A stretch of DNA of 64,000 nt. Origin: a virus. The DNA is taken from IMG/VR virus record IMGVR_UViG_3300031963_000075, positions 1-64,000 of that record, one strand, 5' to 3'. The notes under the pieces were generated by a model. That model was not told the origin of the DNA, did not search any database, and saw nothing but the letters and a program-made list of their open reading frames with translations. The translations under genes were made by a program, and so were the position numbers. Positions within the stretch are counted from its first letter, which is position 1. Every line of letters starts with the position of its first letter. Shown here one piece after another: positions 29,819 through 40,500 of the stretch.

Positions 29819-30508
29819 TTAGTATTCTTCGTCTAAATATTCATTAAATGAATCCTCAATTTGTCCAGAGGAAAAATCTTTAACTTCGTCGGAAGTTAAC
29901 ACATATTCATTTTTTCCCGATTTTTCCATCTCTTCTTGTTTATCAACAAAAAAATCGGATAGTTTTTGTTTGAAAGGACCTGAATCTAAACTTCGTAACT
30001 CTAATTTTTCTTGAGGTGTTTTTGGTTTATACCTTTCTACTTTATCTTCTATCGAGGTAAGTTTAGATGCAATTCCATCCATTTCTTTTAGTTTTGCATC
30101 TAAAGTTTCTAATTGTTTAAATAGATTTTGAAAATATTCCTCTTGTTTAGTTTCTATGTTTTTTTGAGCCGTAACTAAATCTGTGATGTCTAATTCTTCA
30201 TCCTCTTCTTCTTTACCTACTTCTTCGACATCAGGGTCGGTACTTACATCAACAGGGGCAGCTTCTGTTCCTCCTGCTGGTGGTGCTCCTCCTTCTGGTG
30301 CTCCTGCTGGTGGTGCTCCTGCTGGTGGTGCTCCTGCAGCCATTGGGTCACCTCCCGCCATTGGATCTCCTCCTGCTAACGGGTCTCCACCCGCTAACGG
30401 ATCTGCCGGTGGTGCTCCACCCGCTAATGGGTCTTCTTGTTCATTTATATAATTATTAATACTCCTGTATCTATTAATCTCCTCTAATATTTTTCTATCA
30501 ATATTCAT
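29819..30508 (-). CDS. Acidic low-complexity coiled-coil protein (possible internal head or scaffold-like protein)
   Basis: 229 aa; ILEE...INEQE leader, DPLAGG and APPAG repeats, acidic tract, coiled coil. Confidence 0.6.
   Translation of the reverse strand: MNIDRKILEEINRYRSINNYINEQEDPLAGGAPPADPLAGGDPLAGGDPMAGGDPMAAGAPPAGAPPAGAPEGGAPPAGGTEAAPVDVSTDPDVEEVGKEEEDEELDITDLVTAQKNIETKQEEYFQNLFKQLETLDAKLKEMDGIASKLTSIEDKVERYKPKTPQEKLELRSLDSGPFKQKLSDFFVDKQEEMEKSGKNEYVLTSDEVKDFSSGQIEDSFNEYLDEEY
30270..30432 (-). repeat. Degenerate 15-18 bp coding repeats (DP[L/M]AGG and APPAG)
   Basis: ggtgctcctgctggt and ccgctaacgg units visible on + strand. Confidence 0.7.
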
Positions 30509-30511
30509 ATA

Positions 30512-30739
30512 TTAACCATTTAATAATGTTTTTATTCCTGATTTTGTTTCTACCTGAATTTTTTTGAATTTGTTCATAGTGTTATCTACTCTTTCTATCA
30601 AACCATCTTTCATTCTTATTGTATAACAATCACCAGTATCTAAGTCACAAACTTCTTTGAATCCGTTACCTGTATCTTTTTCAGACATTCTTGTATTTTT
30701 ACCAAGAAAATTATCCAATATTAATTTTGTATTACTCAT
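30512..30739 (-). CDS. Small hypothetical protein
   Basis: 75 aa; EVCDLDTGDC; preceded by TATTTAT motif. Confidence 0.6.
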   Translation of the reverse strand: MSNTKLILDNFLGKNTRMSEKDTGNGFKEVCDLDTGDCYTIRMKDGLIERVDNTMNKFKKIQVETKSGIKTLLNG

Positions 30740-30786
30740 AATTCTTTTATTAATAAATATAATGAATTCTATAAATGTTCAACTTA

Positions 30787-33700
30787 TTAACTACTCAAGT
30801 TAATTGTTTTGGCTAATGATAAACAATTTTCCACTTCTTTAATTAAATTTGTTTTATCTAAAGGTTGTAATTGACTATATACATTATCATTAACTAAGTT
30901 TGGCCATTGGGTTATATATGTTTTTGCTAAATAATCAATTAATACGGTTGATGGATTTAATAAATCATTTGTTGTTAAATTAGATAATATATTGTCACCT
31001 CCACTTCTTACTAAAGCGATAAATCTATTAGCAATTACATACATAGGGTCTTTTACATCAGTAAAATATCCAACAGGAACGTTCTGTTTACCACCCATGT
31101 TTTGACAGAAATGATGTTTTGTTTTATCCATTATAAATTTATCAGAATCAGCTGAATAAGATACGTTCAATTGGAGGTTACCAAAATTTGATGCGTTTAT
31201 TTTGAACGTTGTTCCGTCGTAATTTGAAATATATCCTACAAGGAATGTCAAATATCTCAATGTTACTTTTTGATTCTGAGTAAGTGTTGATGATGTTGGT
31301 AACAAATTAACAGTTGTTTTGATATCAGTGGCAATTTGGGTATCACTTAATCCAGATGTCGCTGTTGATGCACTATATGATAGTGCTCGGAATGGTGATG
31401 CTAAATCTTGGGAACAAGAATCCGGTCCAGGCGTATTCGGTCCGTTTACTTCATTCATTTTTGTTGATTGTTCTCCAATAATATTAGTTGATATATTAGC
31501 TTCCGTTTCTGTTTTTGCTTTGGTTAATAATGGTGTTACAAAATTCTTATAAATTGTTTGTAAATAAGAATCTTGTGTTGATATTTCATATACAGGTTGT
31601 CTTGTTCCTGAAAAGCTAGTAGAGAATGTACCAGCGTTAATTCTATGAGAAACCTTTGTTATTTGATAAGGACCTGAAAACAATGGTACATTTCTTAAAT
31701 TGAAATACATTTTTGGTTGCATCAATGCATTACCTATCATTGTTACATCACAAGTGTAAACTCTGTATTTGTAAAAGTTGTACATTGATTGACTTTGAGG
31801 TGTTGCATTAATACCTCCACCTTGATTTGCAGTATAGTTTGCTAATCTTATTTCTTCTGCAGTTTTTTGACCTGAATTCATATTAACAGAAAAGGAAGTA
31901 AAAATTCCTTGATTTTGTCTACCTATATCCAAATTAAAAGCAACTAATTTATTAGATTTACCCCAATCTTGTTTTTTACTTTGGTCTTCAACTAAAGGAT
32001 TTTCAGATTGTCTGTTCAATTGGAAAACGTCATTTCTAAAATCACTATTTGGGATATCCAAATTTTTACTTGCTTCGTTTGCGAAAGTACACACCATTTT
32101 TGTTTTTGACTTTCTATAATCCACATTTAAAAAAGTTCCAAATAAATCATTCGCTACCGATGTTGAACCTTGATTTGATGGGTTAGGTCTAACTGTAACA
32201 TCATTAACGTCATAATAATTGACATATCCTGCGTGTTCTTCAATATTAAACCCACTACTTTGAATTAACTCTCTTAATATCAAACCAAGTTGTCTATCTG
32301 GAGTGTTAAGTACGGAATTTTCTAATTTATCTTTCCATAAGATGACATCACAATAAACTTCACTACTTATATTTCTTGATGCTCTATCTAAGAAAAGAAA
32401 ATCTTCAAATAATGTAAATTCTTTATAATCATTACCTGATATCCATTTATCATTCATTGCCTTTAATTTTTCCCAAATTTCAATTCTACCAATATCCCCT
32501 GTATAATTTGCCTTTTTTGGTTGTGGTGTGATGACAGTATTTGGTAAATTTTTAAGGACTTCTTCCATCAAAGTATTAATAATGTCATCTTTGAATAGGT
32601 TGTTAGTTTCTATTATGTTTGTGAGAATTTGTCTAAATTTAAATTCGTCTAATGTGTTGTCTTCAAGTTTTTGAGTAGCATAAATTTTAACTAATGGGGC
32701 AAAGTCTTTAATATTGTCCACAGTAAAAGCAATATCCAAATCAATAAAAAAATCAGTTATGAAAGAACCATTATCAGTATAAACTAAATTTGGTATTGAC
32801 GAATAACCAACATATGTTTCCAAAGCCCTCCACTCGTCTGAATAAAAATTTTGTGATTGTGCTAAAGTTGTTGTACCACCCAAATATGGTAATGCGTATG
32901 GGGTACTTAAGTTATAGGATACAGGATTTAATTTATCAACCAAAGGGGATGATGAAAGACTGTAAAATGTCTTTTTATTATAAAAAGACGGATTTCCATT
33001 ATTAAACATTATATCATAATTCATAAACTTGTTTAATAAACTATAAACATTATCTAATTGGGTTAATTTAATTTTCGATAACGCTTCATCACTAACACTT
33101 TCGTTAATAAAATCTTCACCAGGTATTCTGAACAATTCAGTTGCTAACAATTGGAAATTTCTGTATTTAATTAGAATATCGTCTTCAGACGCTGGATTTG
33201 TTTCAGGTGTTTTTAAAATATTTGTATAGTCATATTTAGATTTTGAGAAGTTTAAGAAGTGTTCCTCAAATAAATCTAATACTTGTCTTTCAAACACAGA
33301 AAACACTTCTTCAATACTCGTATATATATCTCTTGTCGATAGGACAAAAGGCCCAAAATTTACGTTACCATTTGTATCCCCGTTTATTGAGAAATTTTCT
33401 TGATTTTTTGATGTTTTTAAAACTGTTTTCAAGTACTCATTTGGTGAATTAATTGCCAATCTATTGTTATCAAAATATCCATAATTTGGGAGTGACCAAA
33501 AAGCTCTTACCGAACCATTGAATACCGCAGGGTTATCTTTTACTTCAGTTTTTAATTTTTGTTGTCCATCAGGACCTTTAAAACACTCATATTTTGTTTG
33601 ATTAAAACTACTACCAAAAGACGGTGTTATAAAATAATCTTCACTTTTATCATCTTTTACTAAAGTTGATAGTGTAGAAATATTCATAGCTCTGTTTTGG

Positions 33701-36700
33701 TCGGATGGGTCAAAACCAAAATCATAATTCAAAAGTGAACTTTCTGAAAGATTAATATATAGTTTTCCATTATCAATTTGTTCTTGAATTTCACTATCCG
33801 TATATGTATCAAAAATTGTCAGTCCGTTAAAGAACAAATTAAAGTCATCAACAAGTTTAGGATAAAACCCCAAATTCATTTGTGTACCTGTAAGAAACCC
33901 AGAAACGATATCTCTTTGTAATGAAATATCAACAGGGTCTGTTGTTATATTTGTAAAACCACTTAACGTATATACTTTTGAGATATCTTGTGTGATTGGG
34001 TCGTAATTTTCAGCGTAATTAAAATTATCCCAAGGAATCGTCATGTAATCAAATCCTGTCTCTACCCAACTTTTATATCTATTCCAAATTGAACCGTATT
34101 TGAGAACCCAAGCATATGGTAGTTTATGTACTGAACCAAATTTTTTAAATGTTGCAAACATATAATCTAAATCAGTACTTACAGTATTACTATACGTTTT
34201 ATATTTTTCTCTTAAAGTTGTTAATGGTAAAGAGTTTAAGAAAAGGTAAGCTGCTTCTCTAAATGGGTACTGATTGAATTCTCTAAAATTTTGTACCCCT
34301 TTTATTATTGAATTAACAAAATATGGAGTATTTAACATGGATGTTGTTTGTTCTCCAATCAATTGATTGTCATATTCTATATAATTGATATTACCTTCTG
34401 TTATATGTTGTTTATCAAAGTTTTTTGATTTATCCTCATAGTAAGCTTTTAGAGTTTCCTTATTTGTTATCTCAATTGATGGGTCATTTACGTTTGTTTG
34501 ATAAAAATATGTAAAAGGTCTTACAAAAAAAGAATCACTCGCATCTGTAAAATTTGCGGTTTGTACAATTTTGGTGTTATAAAAAATGGTTTTTGTTGTA
34601 TTGAAAGCTAAATTAGTATCTCCACTTATTGTTGCGGAATCTGCTAAACTTTCATTAACCCAATCTTCATTCACATATGGATAAATGTCTGTTTGGTCAA
34701 AACCATTATTCTTTGTTGACTCTAAAAAATTTATTACATTTTCACTTGTTCCAATTAAATCTTGTTTTATAGGATCAAATGAAGAAATATAATACGGAGT
34801 TTCAGTCACACTTTGTAAATATGGTGTATTGTATATACCTCTACTAAAGTTTTGCCAACTTTCACCAGCACCATCATTAGATATGTGTCTTAAAATTAAT
34901 TCAAAATTTTTAGCGTTAAAATTGTAATTTTTAAGTATCTGTATTAAAAATGGATTATCTGTTTTGAGTGCATTTTTGATATTTTGTGCTTCCATATCAA
35001 TTAACACTTTGTATACACTGTTATCCCTACTTCCAAATCTGTTTAATTTAGAATAAAATGCGTAAGTAATAACTCTTTCGTATATTTCATATATAAATTT
35101 AACATCTTCTAAGCTTGAGTATATCGTATAAGTAAGTGGATATTCTACCGTATTTAGAGACGTGAATGGTAAATTTTGTGTTTGATTTTGAGTTATAACA
35201 AAATTTGCTGGCGTATTTCTTAATATAAACCCATTCAAATATTCTTCCACAAACTCAACTTCCGGCCAAATTGTATAATCATTAGAACCTGTTTCTGTTG
35301 GGTAATCGCCTGGATATTTTACCTGATAACTTGTTTTAGTAGGGTTTGATGTATCCTCAACAATAAATTGAGGCCATGGATAAACAGGAGAAGTTGCCCT
35401 TGATATTTTAGGTCTATCAACAGATGCACTATTTGACACACTTTCCAATATCACTCTTCTTCTTGTTGGGTCATCTCTTTTGTTCCACGCACTTTTATGT
35501 ACATCATCCATAAGTCTCAGAAAAGCTTCAGCATTTGCCAATATTATACCAACCATATTATTTATAGTAGGTTTAAATCCTAAATTTAATTCTAAGGTTT
35601 CCTTTAATGATTCAGTAAGCGCACTTTCAATTTCTGTTTTTTTTGTTTTAAGTGCTGTTTCTAAATCACTTATCTTTTCTAAAAATGATTTATTACCTTG
35701 ACTAATACCTTCAAATATAAAATAATCGTTTGTTGGTAATTCAGTTGTTTTTACATTATTTTTGAATTCTACTAAGATAGGGTCTGTATCCCCTGAAGGG
35801 GTTGCATTATATCTCAATTGATACGATTTTTGATAATCTATTGGGTCAGCAGCAACCAACTTACTATCAATTTTATCAAAATAAAAATCTTCGAATTTTA
35901 TATCTACAGGTATTACAGAATCTGTCTTAACGTTTGCTATTGTATAACTTTTACTCGAACCTGACGCTCCAAATGTTGGGTTATTACCTAATTTTTTATT
36001 ATACTCATCAATAATACCTTTAAGATTATTAATCGCGGTTTCTCTTTTCTTGATATCAGTTTGTATCTCTTTTTTAAAAGGTATATTTTTTATATATTTA
36101 ATACTATTATCTGAAGTGTAAGAACTGAGAAATAGAGAGTTTGGCTCATATAAGTTTGTTTTTAACCATGAATCGTCATTTCGATAAATCTTATCTTTGT
36201 AAGATGTAATGTCATTTAAAAAAACTTCACAGTTAGTTAAAGCACTAAGAGATTCTTGATTTTGATAACTATTCAAAATATCCGTTATAAATGTTTTCAA
36301 CTTTTCTTTAAATTGATAAACGGTATATTCAGGTAAATTTTCATCTACAAGTTTTTTGTTCTTATATTCTTTGAAAACTTCTCTAATTTTTTGATATCCC
36401 TTTGTTAATTTTGCGGTTTGTCCTTCGTTTACATCTGTTACTTGTCCTGGTGTTGAGGTTACAACAGTATTAGCCTCATACATATGAGGTAACGCTAAAC
36501 AATCTGAAAGTTTAATTTCATTCAAAACTGAAAAAATATAAGGATCAAATTTTAATTCAATTTCAAAATTTCCCGAATCTGCATCAAAAGAACTCTTGAA
36601 ATCTGTTAACTGTAATTTATATTGAACTGCTTTACCATAGTATCCTTTAATCGTTAATGTAAAAGGTGGATATGGGTATTGGAAAAATACTCCGTATGGT

Positions 36701-37239
36701 GAATTGTCTGCCAACTCAAATAAAGCTCTACCTCTAACATCAATTAAAGAAATTGTTACTTGAGTTTTTAACGATAACTCAGTACTCACGTTTATTGACT
36801 TAATTCCTAATAAACCAGAGTCAACGACCTGATTTTGACCGTTACTCGTAAAAGTTTGATTCAAATAAAATTGGTCAGAATTTTTTGGGTCTTTAACTGC
36901 ATATTGATTTGCTTGATTAACACCTTGACCTTTGAGAGTTCCTTTTCCTGTAAACTCGTCTAAATATGAATTATCATAAAACTTTTTATCACCAGGATTT
37001 AAAAAATTAATTTTTGCAACAGACACTGTTTGTAAATCGTTGTTGTGTGGAACAGCACCAAGAAGAAGTTTTGTTCTAGGTAAAACTTTACATTCCAAAT
37101 TAGCATACATGACCATGTTTTCATGTTTGACTAATCTTTCTTTTACATTACCTTCGTTATCTACAATTCTGTTAGGGTCTATTATTATAATATTTTGGTA
37201 ATCAAAGTCAACTAAAATATTTTCGTCATTAATCGCCAT
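30787..37239 (-). CDS. Giant baseplate hub-like protein
   Basis: 2150 aa; N-terminal GIKSINV...ISLIDVRG...FTLTIKGYYG and C-terminal CDVTMIGNALMQPKMYFNLRNVPLFSGPYQITKVSHRI...STSFSGTR resemble gp27/late-control-D hub folds; follows the LysM gene. Confidence 0.6.
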   Translation of the reverse strand: MAINDENILVDFDYQNIIIIDPNRIVDNEGNVKERLVKHENMVMYANLECKVLPRTKLLLGAVPHNNDLQTVSVAKINFLNPGDKKFYDNSYLDEFTGKGTLKGQGVNQANQYAVKDPKNSDQFYLNQTFTSNGQNQVVDSGLLGIKSINVSTELSLKTQVTISLIDVRGRALFELADNSPYGVFFQYPYPPFTLTIKGYYGKAVQYKLQLTDFKSSFDADSGNFEIELKFDPYIFSVLNEIKLSDCLALPHMYEANTVVTSTPGQVTDVNEGQTAKLTKGYQKIREVFKEYKNKKLVDENLPEYTVYQFKEKLKTFITDILNSYQNQESLSALTNCEVFLNDITSYKDKIYRNDDSWLKTNLYEPNSLFLSSYTSDNSIKYIKNIPFKKEIQTDIKKRETAINNLKGIIDEYNKKLGNNPTFGASGSSKSYTIANVKTDSVIPVDIKFEDFYFDKIDSKLVAADPIDYQKSYQLRYNATPSGDTDPILVEFKNNVKTTELPTNDYFIFEGISQGNKSFLEKISDLETALKTKKTEIESALTESLKETLELNLGFKPTINNMVGIILANAEAFLRLMDDVHKSAWNKRDDPTRRRVILESVSNSASVDRPKISRATSPVYPWPQFIVEDTSNPTKTSYQVKYPGDYPTETGSNDYTIWPEVEFVEEYLNGFILRNTPANFVITQNQTQNLPFTSLNTVEYPLTYTIYSSLEDVKFIYEIYERVITYAFYSKLNRFGSRDNSVYKVLIDMEAQNIKNALKTDNPFLIQILKNYNFNAKNFELILRHISNDGAGESWQNFSRGIYNTPYLQSVTETPYYISSFDPIKQDLIGTSENVINFLESTKNNGFDQTDIYPYVNEDWVNESLADSATISGDTNLAFNTTKTIFYNTKIVQTANFTDASDSFFVRPFTYFYQTNVNDPSIEITNKETLKAYYEDKSKNFDKQHITEGNINYIEYDNQLIGEQTTSMLNTPYFVNSIIKGVQNFREFNQYPFREAAYLFLNSLPLTTLREKYKTYSNTVSTDLDYMFATFKKFGSVHKLPYAWVLKYGSIWNRYKSWVETGFDYMTIPWDNFNYAENYDPITQDISKVYTLSGFTNITTDPVDISLQRDIVSGFLTGTQMNLGFYPKLVDDFNLFFNGLTIFDTYTDSEIQEQIDNGKLYINLSESSLLNYDFGFDPSDQNRAMNISTLSTLVKDDKSEDYFITPSFGSSFNQTKYECFKGPDGQQKLKTEVKDNPAVFNGSVRAFWSLPNYGYFDNNRLAINSPNEYLKTVLKTSKNQENFSINGDTNGNVNFGPFVLSTRDIYTSIEEVFSVFERQVLDLFEEHFLNFSKSKYDYTNILKTPETNPASEDDILIKYRNFQLLATELFRIPGEDFINESVSDEALSKIKLTQLDNVYSLLNKFMNYDIMFNNGNPSFYNKKTFYSLSSSPLVDKLNPVSYNLSTPYALPYLGGTTTLAQSQNFYSDEWRALETYVGYSSIPNLVYTDNGSFITDFFIDLDIAFTVDNIKDFAPLVKIYATQKLEDNTLDEFKFRQILTNIIETNNLFKDDIINTLMEEVLKNLPNTVITPQPKKANYTGDIGRIEIWEKLKAMNDKWISGNDYKEFTLFEDFLFLDRASRNISSEVYCDVILWKDKLENSVLNTPDRQLGLILRELIQSSGFNIEEHAGYVNYYDVNDVTVRPNPSNQGSTSVANDLFGTFLNVDYRKSKTKMVCTFANEASKNLDIPNSDFRNDVFQLNRQSENPLVEDQSKKQDWGKSNKLVAFNLDIGRQNQGIFTSFSVNMNSGQKTAEEIRLANYTANQGGGINATPQSQSMYNFYKYRVYTCDVTMIGNALMQPKMYFNLRNVPLFSGPYQITKVSHRINAGTFSTSFSGTRQPVYEISTQDSYLQTIYKNFVTPLLTKAKTETEANISTNIIGEQSTKMNEVNGPNTPGPDSCSQDLASPFRALSYSASTATSGLSDTQIATDIKTTVNLLPTSSTLTQNQKVTLRYLTFLVGYISNYDGTTFKINASNFGNLQLNVSYSADSDKFIMDKTKHHFCQNMGGKQNVPVGYFTDVKDPMYVIANRFIALVRSGGDNILSNLTTNDLLNPSTVLIDYLAKTYITQWPNLVNDNVYSQLQPLDKTNLIKEVENCLSLAKTINLSS

Positions 37240-37552
37240 AATAAAAATAATAATTATCTATTGAATTTTTATATTCTTGTAATGACGCAATCAATGGAAA
37301 AGGAACTCTTAAAATAGAACCGTCTGGTATATTCCATTCTTCTCCTCCGAATTGTGGATTGTTCGCCATTATTAACCAACCAAAAAATGGAGTACCATAA
37401 AATTGTTGTGATATTTTATCCATTCTAGATTGACCGACTTTATAAATATAAGTCTTATCAGATGGTTTTGTATCTAATTTTACAAAAGGAACTGTTTTTT
37501 GTTCCCCATCAATAAGGAATTGATTGTATCTATTATAATATTGGGATGACAT
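37229..37552 (-). CDS. LysM-like baseplate protein (T4 gp53 / P2 gpX-like)
   Basis: 107 aa; RMDKISQQFYGTPFFGWLIMANNP...IPDGSILRVP. Confidence 0.8.
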   Translation of the reverse strand: MSSQYYNRYNQFLIDGEQKTVPFVKLDTKPSDKTYIYKVGQSRMDKISQQFYGTPFFGWLIMANNPQFGGEEWNIPDGSILRVPFPLIASLQEYKNSIDNYYFYYGD

Positions 37553-37554
37553 CT

Positions 37555-40500
37555 TTAACTTAATTTAACTTTACCATCAAAGGTCTTTTTATCCAAAATC
37601 CAATTCGTTGTACCATATATTTGTTTTAGAATTGATTTTCTTCTTGAGTCAATATCTTGTGATGTTGGGTTTTTAATTGTTTGATAAAGTCTTCTTCTGT
37701 TTGCATTTTCATCTAATGTGAAATTTTTTAAATCAGTATAAGCGGGACTTGTTTTATCCTCTTCTATAGTTTTTTTATCTAAATCATAAATCTCAACATA
37801 CTTATCTCTAATATCATTTAGATTTTCAGTCAACTCTTGTTTTGCCCCACCAATTTGTTCAATTTGTGGTGTTGATACAAATTCAACAAATAATATTTGA
37901 TATTTATCCTCATTTGTAAATGTTTGTGATGCTAAGGTGTAAAATCTTTTTTCAGCATCTGTCAAATCATTCATATAATCTTTAGAGGTCTGAAAACAGT
38001 TTTCAGTATCGTAAAATGTTTCCGTTGGTAAAGGAACAATTTTTGAGTTATTTTTTTGGTCAGCATATTCATTAAGTTTTTTTGTTACCTCCCCAACATC
38101 AACTATCATTTGTTCAAATACTTCTTCTTCTTCAACCAATAAATATAATTTAACATCCCCATCAGTTAAAATTTTTCCATCATAACCCCTTAATGGTGGA
38201 TAAAACGGTGGATTGTTAGGAAGTTCTTTTGTTGTAATAACATTCATTTTATTTAAGGTTTTCAAAAGTAGTTGTTCTACATCGACTATTGTTGTTACTG
38301 GTTGTGTTAAATTTTCAACCGCCTCTTTATCTAAACTTTCGACATATTTTTTTAACTTACTTTTTGCGTCTCTAATAATATCTTCTCTTTCTGCTAAAGA
38401 TGGTGAATTCAAAAACGCCTTAATTACTGGATTTTCATCATCATCAATATCTTCTTTTATTTTTTGTGCCAATTTGTTTACCTTTCTTTCAAACTCATCT
38501 GGTTTACCGTAAATTTTTGTATCCAATTTTGTTTCGGTATAAATTAAAGTATTACCTGATGTGTAATTTCTATTTGAATTAACAAGTTGTAACATACTAT
38601 AATTGTATTGGTCTACAATTGTCCCATATTGATTCGTGCTTATTTCCAAATATTCTTTATATTGTGTGGATAATTCTTTAAAGACATTTGTATAGTCTAT
38701 ATCGCCAGTTTCAGTATCACCACTTTTAACTGTTGTTAAAACAGTTCCAATTGTTTCACCACCATCTGTGGCTTGTTCATTATTAGTTGTTGCATTGGCA
38801 ATTGCCTTATCAACCAATTCTACAAGAGCATAGTTCAATTCTGTTTCTTCTGCTCTTTCATCATACATTTCCGTATTTGCGTAATAATTAAATGAAAGAG
38901 CATTTTGTAAAGTTTCTATTGGTTTTGCAAGACCATGACCTCCAATAAATTTTAAATCCACAGTAACACCAACAACCATAGGTTGTACACCAATACCTTC
39001 TGGGTTTAAATCAAGTAATGAACTCTCATAACTAAATGATATAGTTGTTGGTATAGCCTTTGTATGGTAAAAATCCCCCATTCTAATAACTAAAACAGGT
39101 GGAGCACCAAAACTTGTATTTAGTGCATCATCATATTTAGGTTTACCATCACTACCTATTACAGGAATAGTTTGACCTGGTCTTGTACATTGATTCAAAA
39201 ATGTAAGTCTTGCATTTAACCCTTCAGGTGTAATTGAATGAAATGCAGGGTTAAAATACTTTAGTTTATCTTTAAGTGTTTGAAACGCCATTGGGTCACT
39301 GTCTTTTAACATTTCAAAATAATCGCATTCGGTAAGTAATCTTCTTATAATTTTTTTCCCTATTGCTTGTTTTAATCTATCTTGTACATCAGTATTTGGT
39401 TGAGGTTTTACCCCTTGTGGATTTGTTTGGTCAGGAGTACTTTGATTTAGATTATTTTCTTGTGTTGGATCTGTTGACGATATATCATCTGAAATTGTTA
39501 TTTTACTAATAACAGCACAATTTATTGCCAAATTTGGATACGCATAAGGTACTTCTGTAGGGCTAAGTACTGTTGGTGGGATAGCATCTATTGTAAGAGA
39601 TGTGTCAAATGACGCACCATTTTCCCCAACATCTGTTGTATATCTTTTTACTGTAACCTTAGATAAACTACCACTTGTTTGTATAGTGACTTTTTTATTG
39701 TCAATCTCGGTTTGTAATTTTTCTGTTAAAAATGTTTTTGCCGAATCCGCAAAAACAGTTGTTTTCCCATCAATTGTAATGTCAACAATGTTTTTATTCG
39801 ACACAATACTTTTTATACCATCAACAAATTCAGAATTTATTTTATTATTATTTGATTGAACCACATCTTCAATAAATGCTTGTGTATCAGTATTGGTAAA
39901 TGGTTCTCCTGTTGATACAACAACATATGAAACAGGAGCTAATTCAGAATATTCTACCGCTTTGGATAAATAATCGGTAATTTGAGACGAATAATTTGTA
40001 TCTGTTGAATTTGGTTGAAAATAGAATGTCAATCCTTCAAAATTTGTTTGAAACTCTTTTTCGTCTTCAGGTGTATTCCCTATGGTGTTCGCGTTATCCG
40101 CTGATGTGTTTTCAGCGGGTATTTCTTTTTGTATTTGTTCTAATTCTTCTGGTGTTAATCTTGGGTCATTTAACAAGTTTTGGTACATTTCTAACTCTCT
40201 CAACGGAAGAGTATTAAATTTTGCCGCTAACTCATATAAATCGTATTTTGTACATCCAGCTATAAATGACTTTACCAAATCATCAAATTTTTGTGTACCT
40301 AATTTTTCCAATTGTTTATTCACCAACAAATTCATTATAGATGGGTGGTCAACAATAATCTTGAATCCAAGTTTACCTGATCGACCAGAATTTTTATACG
40401 TATGTATTTCTTCTGGTCTACCAAGAATTGGGATACTATCAAAATTAACTGAAGGTGTATCACTGAATGTTAAATCATATGGTGGAAACCACATTATTCT

